Source: an uncultured Acidobacteriota bacterium
GTDB taxonomy: Bacteria > Acidobacteriota > Blastocatellia > RBC074
Direction of reading: 5' to 3'
DNA length: 64,000 bases
Assembly: GCA_963796275.1 (NCBI GenBank)
Contig: CAWCKY010000001.1
Span: 1,088,001-1,152,000, forward strand
Within the stretch, counting starts at the first letter, position 1. Every line of letters starts with the position of its first letter. Shown here piece after piece: positions 9,203-18,898 of this stretch. The notes under the pieces are model-generated. The model did no database searches. It saw only the letters and a list, made by a program, of their open reading frames with translations, and was not told the origin of the DNA. Made by a program: the position numbers and the translations under genes.

Positions 9203-11603
9203 GTCGGGTAAGGGGGCGACGTTGCCGCCGCGCGCCCTCCCCTCAGAACTGATCGTGCCGGTTATCCCGGCAATCAGCTCAAGCCTTTCCAACGCCCTTT
9301 TCAGGACGCGGTTTCACCACCACTAACTTTTGGCTATGGACTTCTTGATGGCATCCAGGGTGTAGCAAGACCAGATTACTTGCGCCGTCTGTTCCACCGT
9401 GAGATTTCCAAATGAGGTGATGCGTTTGCCATCCCGTCAGCTTGGTGATTCTCTCCTGGCAGACCGGACATTTCCCCTCTTGCTCTCTCCACAGAAACAG
9501 CAGCATTTTGAGCCCTCTGAGCGACCCCTCTGTCTTAACATCGAGGCGCTGCTCAAAATACCTTTCCCAGTGTGGATCATAGGGATTGGCTTCACCTTTG
9601 ATTTTGGTGTGCCTGCGAATGGGCGTGTAGGCGAGGCTGTAGAGCCTGATTTGCCTTGTATTTCCGCGCAGTCGCATTTCCCCGCTAAAGACCCAGTGGC
9701 GATCCCCGATGGTCTGGAAATATTTCTCCTTGATCCATTGGCGTGATTTACGCGGATGACGGCGGCGACACCACTTCCACAGCGATTTGAAGGTCGCACA
9801 GTCTATCTTCTGAAAAGTCTGTTTACTCGATGCGTGCCGGTGGTAGTTTGCCCAGCCCCTCAGGATCGGGTTGAGCATCCAGATCAAAATCCCCGGCGCG
9901 ACGTGGCGGTTGGCTTTGATCACTTCGCGGATTCGCTTCAGCAGGCTGTTGATGCTCTGTTGAGACGGATGGATCAGTGTCTTCCCCTGACCATATTCCC
10001 GGATGTGCTGACCGAGGAAGTCAACCCCCTCAGAGATATGTACGATCTTTGTCTTCTCCGGTGAGAGTTCCAGTCCCCTGATTTCGAGAAACTCTTCAAT
10101 CAGCGGCATGACCTCGTTCTCCAGTAGTTCTTCCGAACTGCCGGTCACGATGACGTCATCGGCGAATCTCACCAAATTGACTTTGGCCTGTCTGCCTGGG
10201 CGTGTGTTCTTCTTGAACCTTGGGTTCTTGCTCAACACCCGTTCCAGGCCATCGAGCGTCCAGTTCATCAGCACTGGCGAAATCGTCCCGCCCTGTGGCG
10301 TCCCGGCTTCGGTTTCATGCCACTCACCTTGCTCGATAAATCCTGCTTTCAGCCATTTCTTCAGGGTCTGCTTGTCCATCGGAACGTGGTCCAAGAGCCA
10401 CTGATGGCTGATCCTGTCGAAGCAGGATCGGATATCGCATTTGAGTATCCACTTGGCCGAACCTTTTCGGCACAGCATCCGGAAGGCATGGTCGGTGGCG
10501 TCCACCGGTGCCCGACCTATCCGAAAGCCATAAGAGTTCGGGTCAGCCTTTGTCTCCGCAATCGGATCGAGCGCCAGTAAGTGTAATGCTTGCCGGGCTC
10601 GATCGTTCATGACGGGAATACTCAGGCCGCGCTGTCGTCCGTCACTTTTGGGAATGTAGACACGCTTGAGTGGTTGGGGGTGGTAGCCCCTCACCTTCAA
10701 TTCGTCTACAGCTGTTGCTTTTTTCTCCGGTGTGTCCCAGATCACTCCGTCTACACCGGGAGTCTTTTTTCCTTGGTTCGTAGTCACTCGTTTAACGGCC
10801 AGACATCGGGCGCTGAACGAGTGGGTGAGCAGACGTTGCAGGGCTCTGACCTTGTTCCATCTGCCCTCCTGTGTTGCCTTGACGATACGTGACTGGAGCC
10901 GACGCACGTTCTGATTGACTGTTCGCCAGCTGATGGTCGTCCAGTCGATCTGCCCGTTGGGGACCGCACCAGCCTGTGTCTCCACTGCTGCCATCTGCTT
11001 TGTCTCCGGTGTCGGTAGCTCAGTTTTCTCGCCGGGAAAGACCAGATGGAAGTCTGCCCGCTTTCGCGTGGAGTGATCTTGTCGAGTGGCGCAACTCCTA
11101 TCCGTCTCATTACAAGGCGGCTTTCGCTTTTTCCATCCTCCTTTGCCCGCACTCCTATCGGCTCGCCTCACGGCTCGCTTTCCCATCCGGGAGAAGTACG
11201 GGTTTACCACGTTCCGCAATTGCGACCTGACGGGTTAGGTCTCGCCTATACGCCGGTAGCCCAACGTCTGCGGTGGCGGACTTTGGAGCCTCCACCCTGG
11301 CTACTTACCTTTTGGTTCAAGCCTCTCAGCCGGTTTGGCTTGTCGGATCTCACGACGCTTGCGGCGATTCACATTTGTTGACCATACCGTCGAACCCTAG
11401 CCCCCGACCGCCTTCCGGCTGGCAGTCACAGCTTCCTCTCGCGATTCGGCTGCCAATCTCTCACGATTGGGGTTACATTGTTCCGAGAGCTTCACACCCC
11501 GCCGTTGCCGGCGACGCATGTCCCGGTAGGGTACTTGCGGCAGAACGCAAGGTGATCTCATAAATTCAAGGATCACAGTCGAAATTGCGACTTCGTGTCG
11601 CAC
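9203..11603 (-). mobile_element. Group II intron (IIB/chloroplast-like class), 2401 nt
   Basis: 5' end GTGCGACACGAAG at 11603; domain V GAGCTGATTGCCGGGATAACCGGCACGATCAGTTC with AGC triad; domain VI ending CTTACCCGAC at 9203; removal makes the right transposon IR collinear with the left IR without a gap. Confidence 0.92.
9279..10994 (-). CDS. ltrA: Group II intron reverse transcriptase/maturase with HNH endonuclease
   Basis: VRRLQSRIVKA N-terminal region, TPGVDG, GTPQGG.ISP, RFADD, maturase X domain (LNPILRGWANY), C-terminal CPVC...HH...NLVLLHPGCH; ATG at 10994 preferred over the ORF-track start 11219. Confidence 0.95.
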   Translation of the reverse strand: MAAVETQAGAVPNGQIDWTTISWRTVNQNVRRLQSRIVKATQEGRWNKVRALQRLLTHSFSARCLAVKRVTTNQGKKTPGVDGVIWDTPEKKATAVDELKVRGYHPQPLKRVYIPKSDGRQRGLSIPVMNDRARQALHLLALDPIAETKADPNSYGFRIGRAPVDATDHAFRMLCRKGSAKWILKCDIRSCFDRISHQWLLDHVPMDKQTLKKWLKAGFIEQGEWHETEAGTPQGGTISPVLMNWTLDGLERVLSKNPRFKKNTRPGRQAKVNLVRFADDVIVTGSSEELLENEVMPLIEEFLEIRGLELSPEKTKIVHISEGVDFLGQHIREYGQGKTLIHPSQQSINSLLKRIREVIKANRHVAPGILIWMLNPILRGWANYHRHASSKQTFQKIDCATFKSLWKWCRRRHPRKSRQWIKEKYFQTIGDRHWVFSGEMRLRGNTRQIRLYSLAYTPIRRHTKIKGEANPYDPHWERYFEQRLDVKTEGSLRGLKMLLFLWREQEGKCPVCQERITKLTGWQTHHLIWKSHGGTDGASNLVLLHPGCHQEVHSQKLVVVKPRPEKGVGKA

Positions 11604-11650
11604 CCAGAGCTGATCCGCCATTTGTGCCAACGATGTTGATAGCCAGCGCA

Positions 11651-13561
11651 CACGTTTCCCGAGGGGGTTTGCGCCAGGGGCCGGAAAGATTGAAAACGCG
11701 TGTATGGTTCGCCCAGGCTTGCGGGGAACCCTACGTCGTTCACCACACCGACGATCTCCTGCCAGCCGCGATCGTTGGGATTCGTGCCGCCGATGCGTTT
11801 GCCGATCGGGTTTTCGTTTGGCCAGAAGCGCCGCGCCATCGTTTCGTTGATGATGATAACCGCAGGGCGGTCGGCGATGTCGGCCGAGGTGAAAAAACGC
11901 CCCGAGAGCAGGCGGATACCGTAGGTCTCGAAGTAGCGCACGCTCACCGGTTCGCGGAAGACCTCCGGATATTGACCAGGCGCTGGCACGGGTTGACCTT
12001 CGACGACGAAGGAGCCACTGCTGCCGAAACCCCAGATCGGTTGCGAAGCGGAGAGCGCGGCCTGCTCGACGCCGGGCAGCGTGCGCAGACGCTCTTCGAG
12101 TTTTTGATAGAAAGCGGCGCGTTGAGCTGGGGTCGTGTATTCCGCGCCACGGGGAGAGGTTTGCGCCGTCAACAGACCGTCCACGCTCCAGCCGGGATCG
12201 AGAATGGCGAAACGTTGCAGCCCGCGCAGGAATAGACCGGCTCCCGTGAGCAGGATCAGCGCGAATGCCACCTCGCCGACGATCAGTGCGCTTCGCAGGC
12301 GTTGCTGCGAACGGCTGGCGCTCGATCCGCGCACGTTCTCTCTCAGAACCTGATTGACATCGGCGCGTGAGGCCAGCCATGCCGGAACCGTGCCGAAGAT
12401 CAGACCTGTCAGCACGGAGCAGAGCAAGGCGAAACCGAATACGCTGAGATCGAGCGTCACCTTCATACCAGGTAACTCGTTGAAGAGTCGGCGGCTGATG
12501 AATCCGACGCCCAGCATCGCGAGCACGAGGCTGAGCGCGCCGCCGATGAGCGCGATAGCGAGGCTTTCGATGAGGGATTGCCGCAGCAGACGGATGCGCC
12601 CGGCACCGAGCGCGGCGCGAACGGCGAACTCGCGGGCGCGCGCTGCGGTGCGGGCGAGCTGTAGATTGGCGAGGTTGGCGCAGGCGATGAGCAGCACGAA
12701 GCCGGCCAGGCCGAAGGTGAACCACATGACCCTCCGCCCGATCTGATCCGACATCGACAGCCGAAGCTGTTCGAGACGCAGACTCTCGTTCTGGTTTTGC
12801 GCAGTCTCTTTTGTGATATTTGCGGCGAGCGTCTTCATCGCCTGGTCGGCCTGCGCGATGGTCACGCCGGGCTTAAGGCGCGCGAAAGCCTGCAGGTAGT
12901 TGTTGCCGCGGAATCGTCGCCCCTCGGCGTTAAACGCCAGGGGACGCCACACATCGACATTGCCCCACAGGAGCGGATGATCGAAACCGCCGGGCATGAC
13001 GCCGATGACCTTGATGTTTTCGCTGTTCAGTCGCAAAGCTCGTCCGATGACATTAGGGTCGCCGCCGAAGCGGCTCATCCAGAACCGGTTGCTGAGGACG
13101 ACGACCTTGTCAGCGCCGGTCTCATGCTCCTCCTGTGTGAATACGCGCCCCAGGACCGGCTGAATGCGCAGCGCAGGGAAGAAGTCGGCCGAGACCACGA
13201 AGCCCTGCAAGCGTTCGGCGGGCTCTCCCGGCTCGGCGAAATTGGGACTTATCCCGCTGTAGGCGACCATTTGCTCGAATACGCCATTCTTCTCGCGCTG
13301 ATCGAAGAAGTTCCCCGGCGAATGCGGCCAACTCTGCGAATGTATGGATGTCCGAAAAATACGCACCAGCGCATCCGGGGCCGGATATGGAAGCGCGCGA
13401 AACAGATATGTGTTGAGTACACTGAACATCGCCGTATTGGCGCCGATGCCGAGCGCGAGGGTGAGCGCTGCCACGGCAGTGAATCCTTTATCCTTCAGCA
13501 GCATCCGCAGGCCGAACCGCAGGTCTTGCAACATTTCGTACTCCCATATTTCAGTTGTCAT
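11651..13561 (-). pseudogene. 5' fragment of ADOP/MacB-type ABC permease split by the transposon
   Basis: [36 protein letters not shown] start and [12 protein letters not shown] motif; homology stops at the TSD. Confidence 0.9.
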
Positions 13562-13846
13562 AGCGCCTTCGGGCGCAGTTTAGATAGGCATGTGAGGTTA
13601 GTGATCAGATATAGGTTTTGGTTTCAAACAGAGGAATTCCCCATAAACAATATGAAAAACAGACATAAAGGCATGAAGTGCTTTGACGGAATCCCACCAA
13701 CGGCAGTTGGGGGATTAGATCAAAGTAGGCATGACTGTATGTTGGTATTAACGATCCCCTACTCCCGTTTTGGAGATTAGTAGTGCACCTGTACCCCTGT
13801 GTCGGCTGATCTTATAACCAATCCCCACCGTTCACTTACGAATGCT

Positions 13847-14278
13847 TCAATGGCTTTCTGGGAGCGTGTACTCGAAATCGTAGTAATGCTTGCCCCCATC
13901 GATCTTGATCGCCATCTTGCCTGCGAGCCCTATCAGTTGATTTGTGCCGGAGTCCGGCACCACTGTCACGCTCAATTGCGGCACCCCGCGCGTCATTGTG
14001 CCGCTGTGCTGAAGTACGAATGAGCCTTGGCGGCCACCCAGCGTTCCGCTGACCCGCTCGATCGCGACGTAGCCTGCCGAGTCCTTCACCGGCGTGCCGG
14101 CGGTCAGCATCTGACCCTGGCTGGTACCTTCGAGATCGCCATGAAACTGTTTGTCGATTGTCATTCTGCCCAGGGTCACATCCTCAGATTCCTTCCCTGT
14201 GGATTTGTCGTCCCGCCCCTGAGGGCTCAACTTCACTTCAAACATTCCACTTGCAAGAGTCGTCATGATCGCCTCCAT
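13847..14278 (-). CDS. DUF3224 family protein
   Basis: [46 protein letters not shown] pattern. Confidence 0.85.
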   Translation of the reverse strand: MEAIMTTLASGMFEVKLSPQGRDDKSTGKESEDVTLGRMTIDKQFHGDLEGTSQGQMLTAGTPVKDSAGYVAIERVSGTLGGRQGSFVLQHSGTMTRGVPQLSVTVVPDSGTNQLIGLAGKMAIKIDGGKHYYDFEYTLPESH

Positions 14279-14454
14279 TTATGTTGGATTTGTAATGCGA
14301 CCGCCTGGCAGGTTGATGACCGGAACGGCCTTGATCCGGAGTAAGACTGCTGAAGACGGCTGTTATGTCTGCTATTGGCAATGATCATACGCAGCATTTT
14401 ACACTCGACCAACTTGAGCGAGCCACTTTTTTCGGAGGCGTTGGGACAGGAATA

Positions 14455-14522
14455 GTTTTCAGTTTCAGTTGTAGAAGTTGCTCACTTGAAGTGCGAACTG
14501 AAAACTAAAAACTGAAAACTGG
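14455..14522. repeat. Inverted heptamer array (TTTTCAG / CTGAAAA)
   Basis: Tandem 7-mers in opposite orientation at the 3' end of the MarR-GNAT gene. Confidence 0.6.
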
Positions 14523-14524
14523 AT

Positions 14525-15457
14525 TTACAACCTCAGCTCCCAGGTCTGTTCCACCAGATCATGACCGAAGCTGTGATGTGGACCCTCGTGAATCAGCTGA
14601 AAGCCGGCTTCCTGATATACGTGCCGCGCTGCTCCGAGCACGCTCTGCGTCCATAATACGATCTTCTTGTAGCCGGTTTTACGAGCGAAGCGCACGCACT
14701 CGCTCACCAGGCGTTTGCCGATGCCCATCCCGCGCGCGCCGGGTTCGACCAGCAGCAGACGCAATTGCGCCACGCTCTTCGATTTTTTGACAAGAAAGAT
14801 CGATCCGACGATCTCACCGTTTCGTTCGGCAATCCAGCAGCGCTCCCGTTTCGGATCAAAATTCTGGATGAACCTGGTTACGATCTCAGAGACCAGCGCT
14901 TCGAAATGCTCATCCCAGCCATACTCTTCATTATAGAGGACGCCGTGCCGGTGAACGATCCAGCCCATGTCGCCAGGCTGATGCGGGCGAATGATATAAG
15001 GCACCTTCTGTTCCGGCCGCGCTCCGAGCAGTTCCTCGATGGTGCGCATCGCTTCGAGAAGTCGGCGCTGATCGGACGGAGAGAGCCGGCGGATCAGCGA
15101 TTCGATCTGATGATGCGATTGCGCATTGAGTTGAATGAAGGCCTTCTGCCCCTTCTCCGTCAACCAGATGAGGCTCTGGCGCCCATCGGCTTCGGAGGTC
15201 TTGCGGGCGATCAGATCGCGCTTTTTGAAATCACTGAGCATACGGCTGAGATAACCCGCGTCCATCCCCAACTCGCTGCCCAGTTCAGTCGCCGTCGCTT
15301 TTTCATGCTGCGCCAGTTCGTAGATGATTCGCGCTTCGGCCAGGGAAAACGGGCTTTTCAGCAGATGTTCGTTCAGAACGCCGATTTGCCTGGTATAGAA
15401 ACGGTTGAATCCCCGCACCAATTCAATATGCTGCGCCAGGTCGCTCTTCGCCATCAT
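14525..15457 (-). CDS. Bifunctional MarR-type HTH regulator / GNAT acetyltransferase
   Basis: VRGFNRFYTRQIG, MDAGYLSR and DGRQ winged helix; C-terminal LLLVEPGARGMGIG acetyl-CoA motif. Confidence 0.9.
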   Translation of the reverse strand: MMAKSDLAQHIELVRGFNRFYTRQIGVLNEHLLKSPFSLAEARIIYELAQHEKATATELGSELGMDAGYLSRMLSDFKKRDLIARKTSEADGRQSLIWLTEKGQKAFIQLNAQSHHQIESLIRRLSPSDQRRLLEAMRTIEELLGARPEQKVPYIIRPHQPGDMGWIVHRHGVLYNEEYGWDEHFEALVSEIVTRFIQNFDPKRERCWIAERNGEIVGSIFLVKKSKSVAQLRLLLVEPGARGMGIGKRLVSECVRFARKTGYKKIVLWTQSVLGAARHVYQEAGFQLIHEGPHHSFGHDLVEQTWELRL

Positions 15458-15486
15458 CGCCTTCCTCCGATAATATTCAACATTCT

Positions 15487-15521
15487 TTGACTATATCAAC
15501 TATTTACTTGAGATTGTCAAG
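15487..15521. promoter_or_regulatory. Tandem palindromic operators TTGA-N5-TCAA, probably MarR autoregulation
   Basis: TTGACTATATCAA (15487-15499) and CTTGAGATTGTCAAG (15507-15521) just upstream of the MarR-GNAT start. Confidence 0.5.
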
Positions 15522-15630
15522 ATGAGTTATTGATCGGTTATAAAATGGATGAGGAAGGAAAAAGGCGGGGGACTTATTACTGATCACCGGTTAGCAGACT
15601 GCATTTGTGTTTTGCATAAATCTGTGGTGA

Positions 15631-17254
15631 ATGTCTTCTTGCGTCGGCGTCGGCGTGAGCGATGAAGAGCTCAGGCTTGTCGGACGATTTAATGATCAAG
15701 CTGGTCAAGGAGCAGATGTGACAACTATTCCAAACAGGTCGCAGTCTTATACGCTGATAGCCGTGATCGGACTGTTACTGTACGGCGCATACTTAATTCG
15801 AAGCGCATCCTATTCGGTGAACGGCGTTGACGGCTCGGGTTACGCCAATATCGCGCGCTCGTTCTTGCAGGGATCACCCGTAAAACCGGTAAAAGAGTTG
15901 GATCAATTCGGATTACCGGAAAGCTTCATCCCCCTCTTCACACCGGTCGCTTACATTCCGATACTCTCATCCAAGACCATTGTCCCGATGTACCCGATCG
16001 GGGTACCTCTACATATGGTCGCGGCCGTTCTGATTTTTGGATGGAATTATGGGCCATTTTTAGTCAACCCGATTTTGGCAGTCTTGTGTCTGATCCTGAT
16101 CTATCTGCTGGGCCGGGACCTTGGACTTGAGCGCGGATACTCGATCGCCGGCGCGCTAATACTGATAGCCAATCCGACTTTTAACTTCATGGCGGTGCAA
16201 CCCGTGAGCGATATTGCGGCTATGTTTTGGGCGCTCGTCACGATCTGGGCCGCCAGACGCTCCGACCGGGGCGTCATATGGGGGTTAGTGACTGGAGCCG
16301 CTTTTGGAATTTCATTTCTCGTGCGGCCGGTAAATGTACTTTTATTGCCCACCCTGATCTTGGTTACCGGTTTCAGGCTTAAAACATTGATAACAATTAT
16401 ATGGGGAGGGCTACCCTTCGCAATTCTATATTTTACCTACAACACTATAGTTTTCGGGAGCCCCTTGTTGACCGGCTACACCCTCGCCACTGCACAAAAT
16501 CTGGTGACGCTCAGCGGATTCACCGAACGATTCGAGTTTTATTTCTACTGGCTGACGCTGACGATGAGCCCGCTTGTGCTCATCGGATGGATTAGCATGG
16601 GATTCCTCAGCTCGATCGAGGGACGGCGGCGCGCGCTCCTGATCCTCTGGTTCGGCACATTCCTGCTCTTTTTCGCCTGTTACAATATATATGATGAATG
16701 GTGGTGTACGCGCTTTCTGCTGCCGGCGTACCCGGCGCTGATAATCGGCGCGCTACTTGCCGCGCAGCATTTGATGGACGAGTTTATTAGGCGCAAATAC
16801 ACGCTGGCGCAGAGCAACGGCTCTGGCGTTACTCGCTGTGTCGCTAGGCTTCGCCCATCATTATTTGCGTAAGTGGGAGATATTCGGCTTCGGCGCGCGC
16901 GAGGCTGTTTACGCCGAGTCGTGCCGCTGGGCTGACTTGCAAGCGCCGGCTAAGACGATGATTGTTGCCAGGGATATCAGCGGAGGGCTGCACTTCTACA
17001 CAGATCGTTCGATTATTCGATGGGATTACTTGCAGCCATCGCAATGGGAGACCTTGAGCGATCGCGGATTGAAGCAGGGCTACCAGTTCTATGCGTTATT
17101 GTTGCCGAACGAAGTGAAGGAAGCGCGCGAGCGTGTGCCGGGAGATTGGATCGAAGTAGGCAAGAAGAACTTTATCAGTCTGTGGCGCATCGTCCCGATT
17201 GACAGAACCTCTCACGCGGTCAGGATTGCCAACGGCGATAACGACAAATACTAA
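15631..17254 (+). CDS. GT-C fold membrane glycosyltransferase (PMT/ArnT-like), frameshifted near 16820-16840
   Basis: D.SGY, YPIGVP, SD, VRP and RFLLP motifs with many TM helices; ORF 16838-17254 supplies the C-terminal domain; true start probably GTG near 15718. Confidence 0.7.
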
Positions 17255-17604
17255 TATCATTATCCAGCTGCGACATCCCATATGCTGATTTGGCGTTCCC
17301 GCAATCGGCTGCCGCGCGGCCCGGTTGCCGCCGAGCGAATAGTACGTCGATTTCTTAGACCTTATGGGCGGTTGCCCTGACCCTTTATTCCCAGGGACGC
17401 AGGTTAATCTCAACTTTAACTTTTTACAACTTTACCGCCGATGCTCATTTCCCGTAATTCGGACATTGCGTAAACTCCTGGCTATGCGGTTATAATGCCC
17501 AGCACGATAACCTGAAGATGGAATCATCGCCAAAGAAATAGAGATCATTACGACTTGCGGAGCAAAGTCGCTCACAGGAGTTAATAGAGGAGTAAATTGA
17601 CCTT

Positions 17605-18711
17605 ATGAGTGTTGCGACAGGAGACCTGTCCGTCAGAGCGCAAGAGGCGAGGGCGCAGCTCGATGCCCACGTGCGCGAGATCATCGAGTGGCACTTCAAT
17701 CCGGATACGGGTTGCCCGTTCTGGATCGACTTCGCGAAGAAGCTGGGTTGGGATCCGAGAAGCGAGGTCCGGTGTTTTGATGACCTGAAAAAATTGCCGC
17801 CCTTTGAGGACGAATGGTTGCGCGGCGGTCCGGTGCGCCGGTGGCTGCCGAAGGGGTTCGCCGGCAAACCGCTCTTCGTCTTCGAGACCGGCGGCACGAC
17901 CGGAGTGCCGAAGAGCCGCCTGGCCATCGATGACTTCCGAACTGATTACGAGATGTTCAGCCGCACGCTCCCCGATCAATATTTTCCCGCGGGAGCGAAC
18001 TGGCTGATGCTCGGGCCCTCGGGACCGCGCCGCCTGCGGCTTGCGGTGGAACATCTGTGCCAGCACAGGGGCGGGATATGCTTTTCGGTTGACCTCGATC
18101 CGCGTTGGGTCATCAAACTGATCAAGTGGGGAGAGTTCGAAGAGCTGGAGCGATACAAAGCACACGTGATCGATCAGGCGATCACGGTTCTCGGAGCCGG
18201 GCACGATATTCGCTGCCTGTTCACTACGCCCAAGCTGCTCGAGGCGCTCGCTGAAGAACTCGAAAACCGGGGCACGAGCATCAAGACATCGGGCATCACG
18301 GGCATCTTCGCGGGCGGCACGGAATTCACGCCTCAGTACACGCGGTTCGCCATTGAAGAATTGCTGGGCGGGGGCGTATACCTGACTCCGACATACGGTA
18401 ATACGCTCATGGGACTTGCCTGCTCTAAGCCGGTGACCCCGGAGGAGGGTTACAAGATCAGCTACTTTGCGCCGCAGCCCCGTGCCGTTATCGAAGTAGT
18501 CTCTTTCGATGATCCAACCCGAGTCGTGGAATACGGCGAGACGGGAAGGGTGCAGCTCACTACGCTGACACGGGAGACTTTCATCCCGAGGTTCCTGGAG
18601 AGAGATGAGGGCGAGCGAGAGCGGCCCTGCGACAAATATCCGTGGGACGGCGTGAGCGGCGTGCGCCCATTCCGCAAGCTCGCCGCCCAGACGACCGTGG
18701 GAGTTTATTGA
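17605..18711 (+). CDS. EhpF/GriC-like adenylate-forming enzyme (PaaK-related)
   Basis: WHF...GCPFW, ETGGTTG.PK loop, DLDPRWV, TTP, GGTE, VEYGE.G, ERD and terminal GVY match my recollection of phenazine-pathway EhpF. Confidence 0.8.
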   Translation: MSVATGDLSVRAQEARAQLDAHVREIIEWHFNPDTGCPFWIDFAKKLGWDPRSEVRCFDDLKKLPPFEDEWLRGGPVRRWLPKGFAGKPLFVFETGGTTGVPKSRLAIDDFRTDYEMFSRTLPDQYFPAGANWLMLGPSGPRRLRLAVEHLCQHRGGICFSVDLDPRWVIKLIKWGEFEELERYKAHVIDQAITVLGAGHDIRCLFTTPKLLEALAEELENRGTSIKTSGITGIFAGGTEFTPQYTRFAIEELLGGGVYLTPTYGNTLMGLACSKPVTPEEGYKISYFAPQPRAVIEVVSFDDPTRVVEYGETGRVQLTTLTRETFIPRFLERDEGERERPCDKYPWDGVSGVRPFRKLAAQTTVGVY

Positions 18712-18773
18712 AGGCAGTAGACAATAGTGGGCAGAAGGCGTTCGCTTGAACTGTGGCTGGTGGCATCAAACAG

Positions 18774-18882
18774 ATCATTTATCATTTATCATTTGTCATT
18801 TGTCATTTTACATTTGTGATCGAAGGAAGGTCGTATCTTCAATGACAAATGTAAAATGACAAATGTAAAATGATAAATGTAA
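18774..18882. repeat. Inverted heptamer array (ATCATTT/GTCATTT vs AATGACA/AATGTAA)
   Basis: About six units per arm around a short spacer. Confidence 0.8.
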
Positions 18883-18898
18883 TTTCTTTTGTATACCG

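Larger units (their letters stand above)
2886..11650. mobile_element. Cargo-carrying IS-like transposon (single rve/DDE transposase), 8765 bp, TG...CA ends, 7-bp TSD CACGTTT
   Basis: CACGTTT at 2879-2885 and 11651-11657; ends TGCTCTGGCTATCGACATCGTTGGCACATATGGCGGAT and revcomp TGCGCTGGCTATCAACATCGTTGGCACAAATGGCGGAT; removing the element and one TSD copy restores the permease reading frame. Confidence 0.92.

Noticed and set aside
9279-11219. RT as a retron, Abi or CRISPR-associated RT
   Set aside because: It has maturase X and HNH domains and is embedded in clear group II intron domains V/VI with a GTGCG start.
11397-13780. Long alternative-frame ORFs (for example 11397-12725, 12797-13780; also 21273-22472, 29737-30852, 39634-40734)
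   Set aside because: They are shadows of GC-rich genuine genes and carry no recognisable motifs.
18774-18882. CRISPR array (also considered for the other heptamer arrays)
   Set aside because: Period-7 tandem units with no unique spacers and no cas genes.
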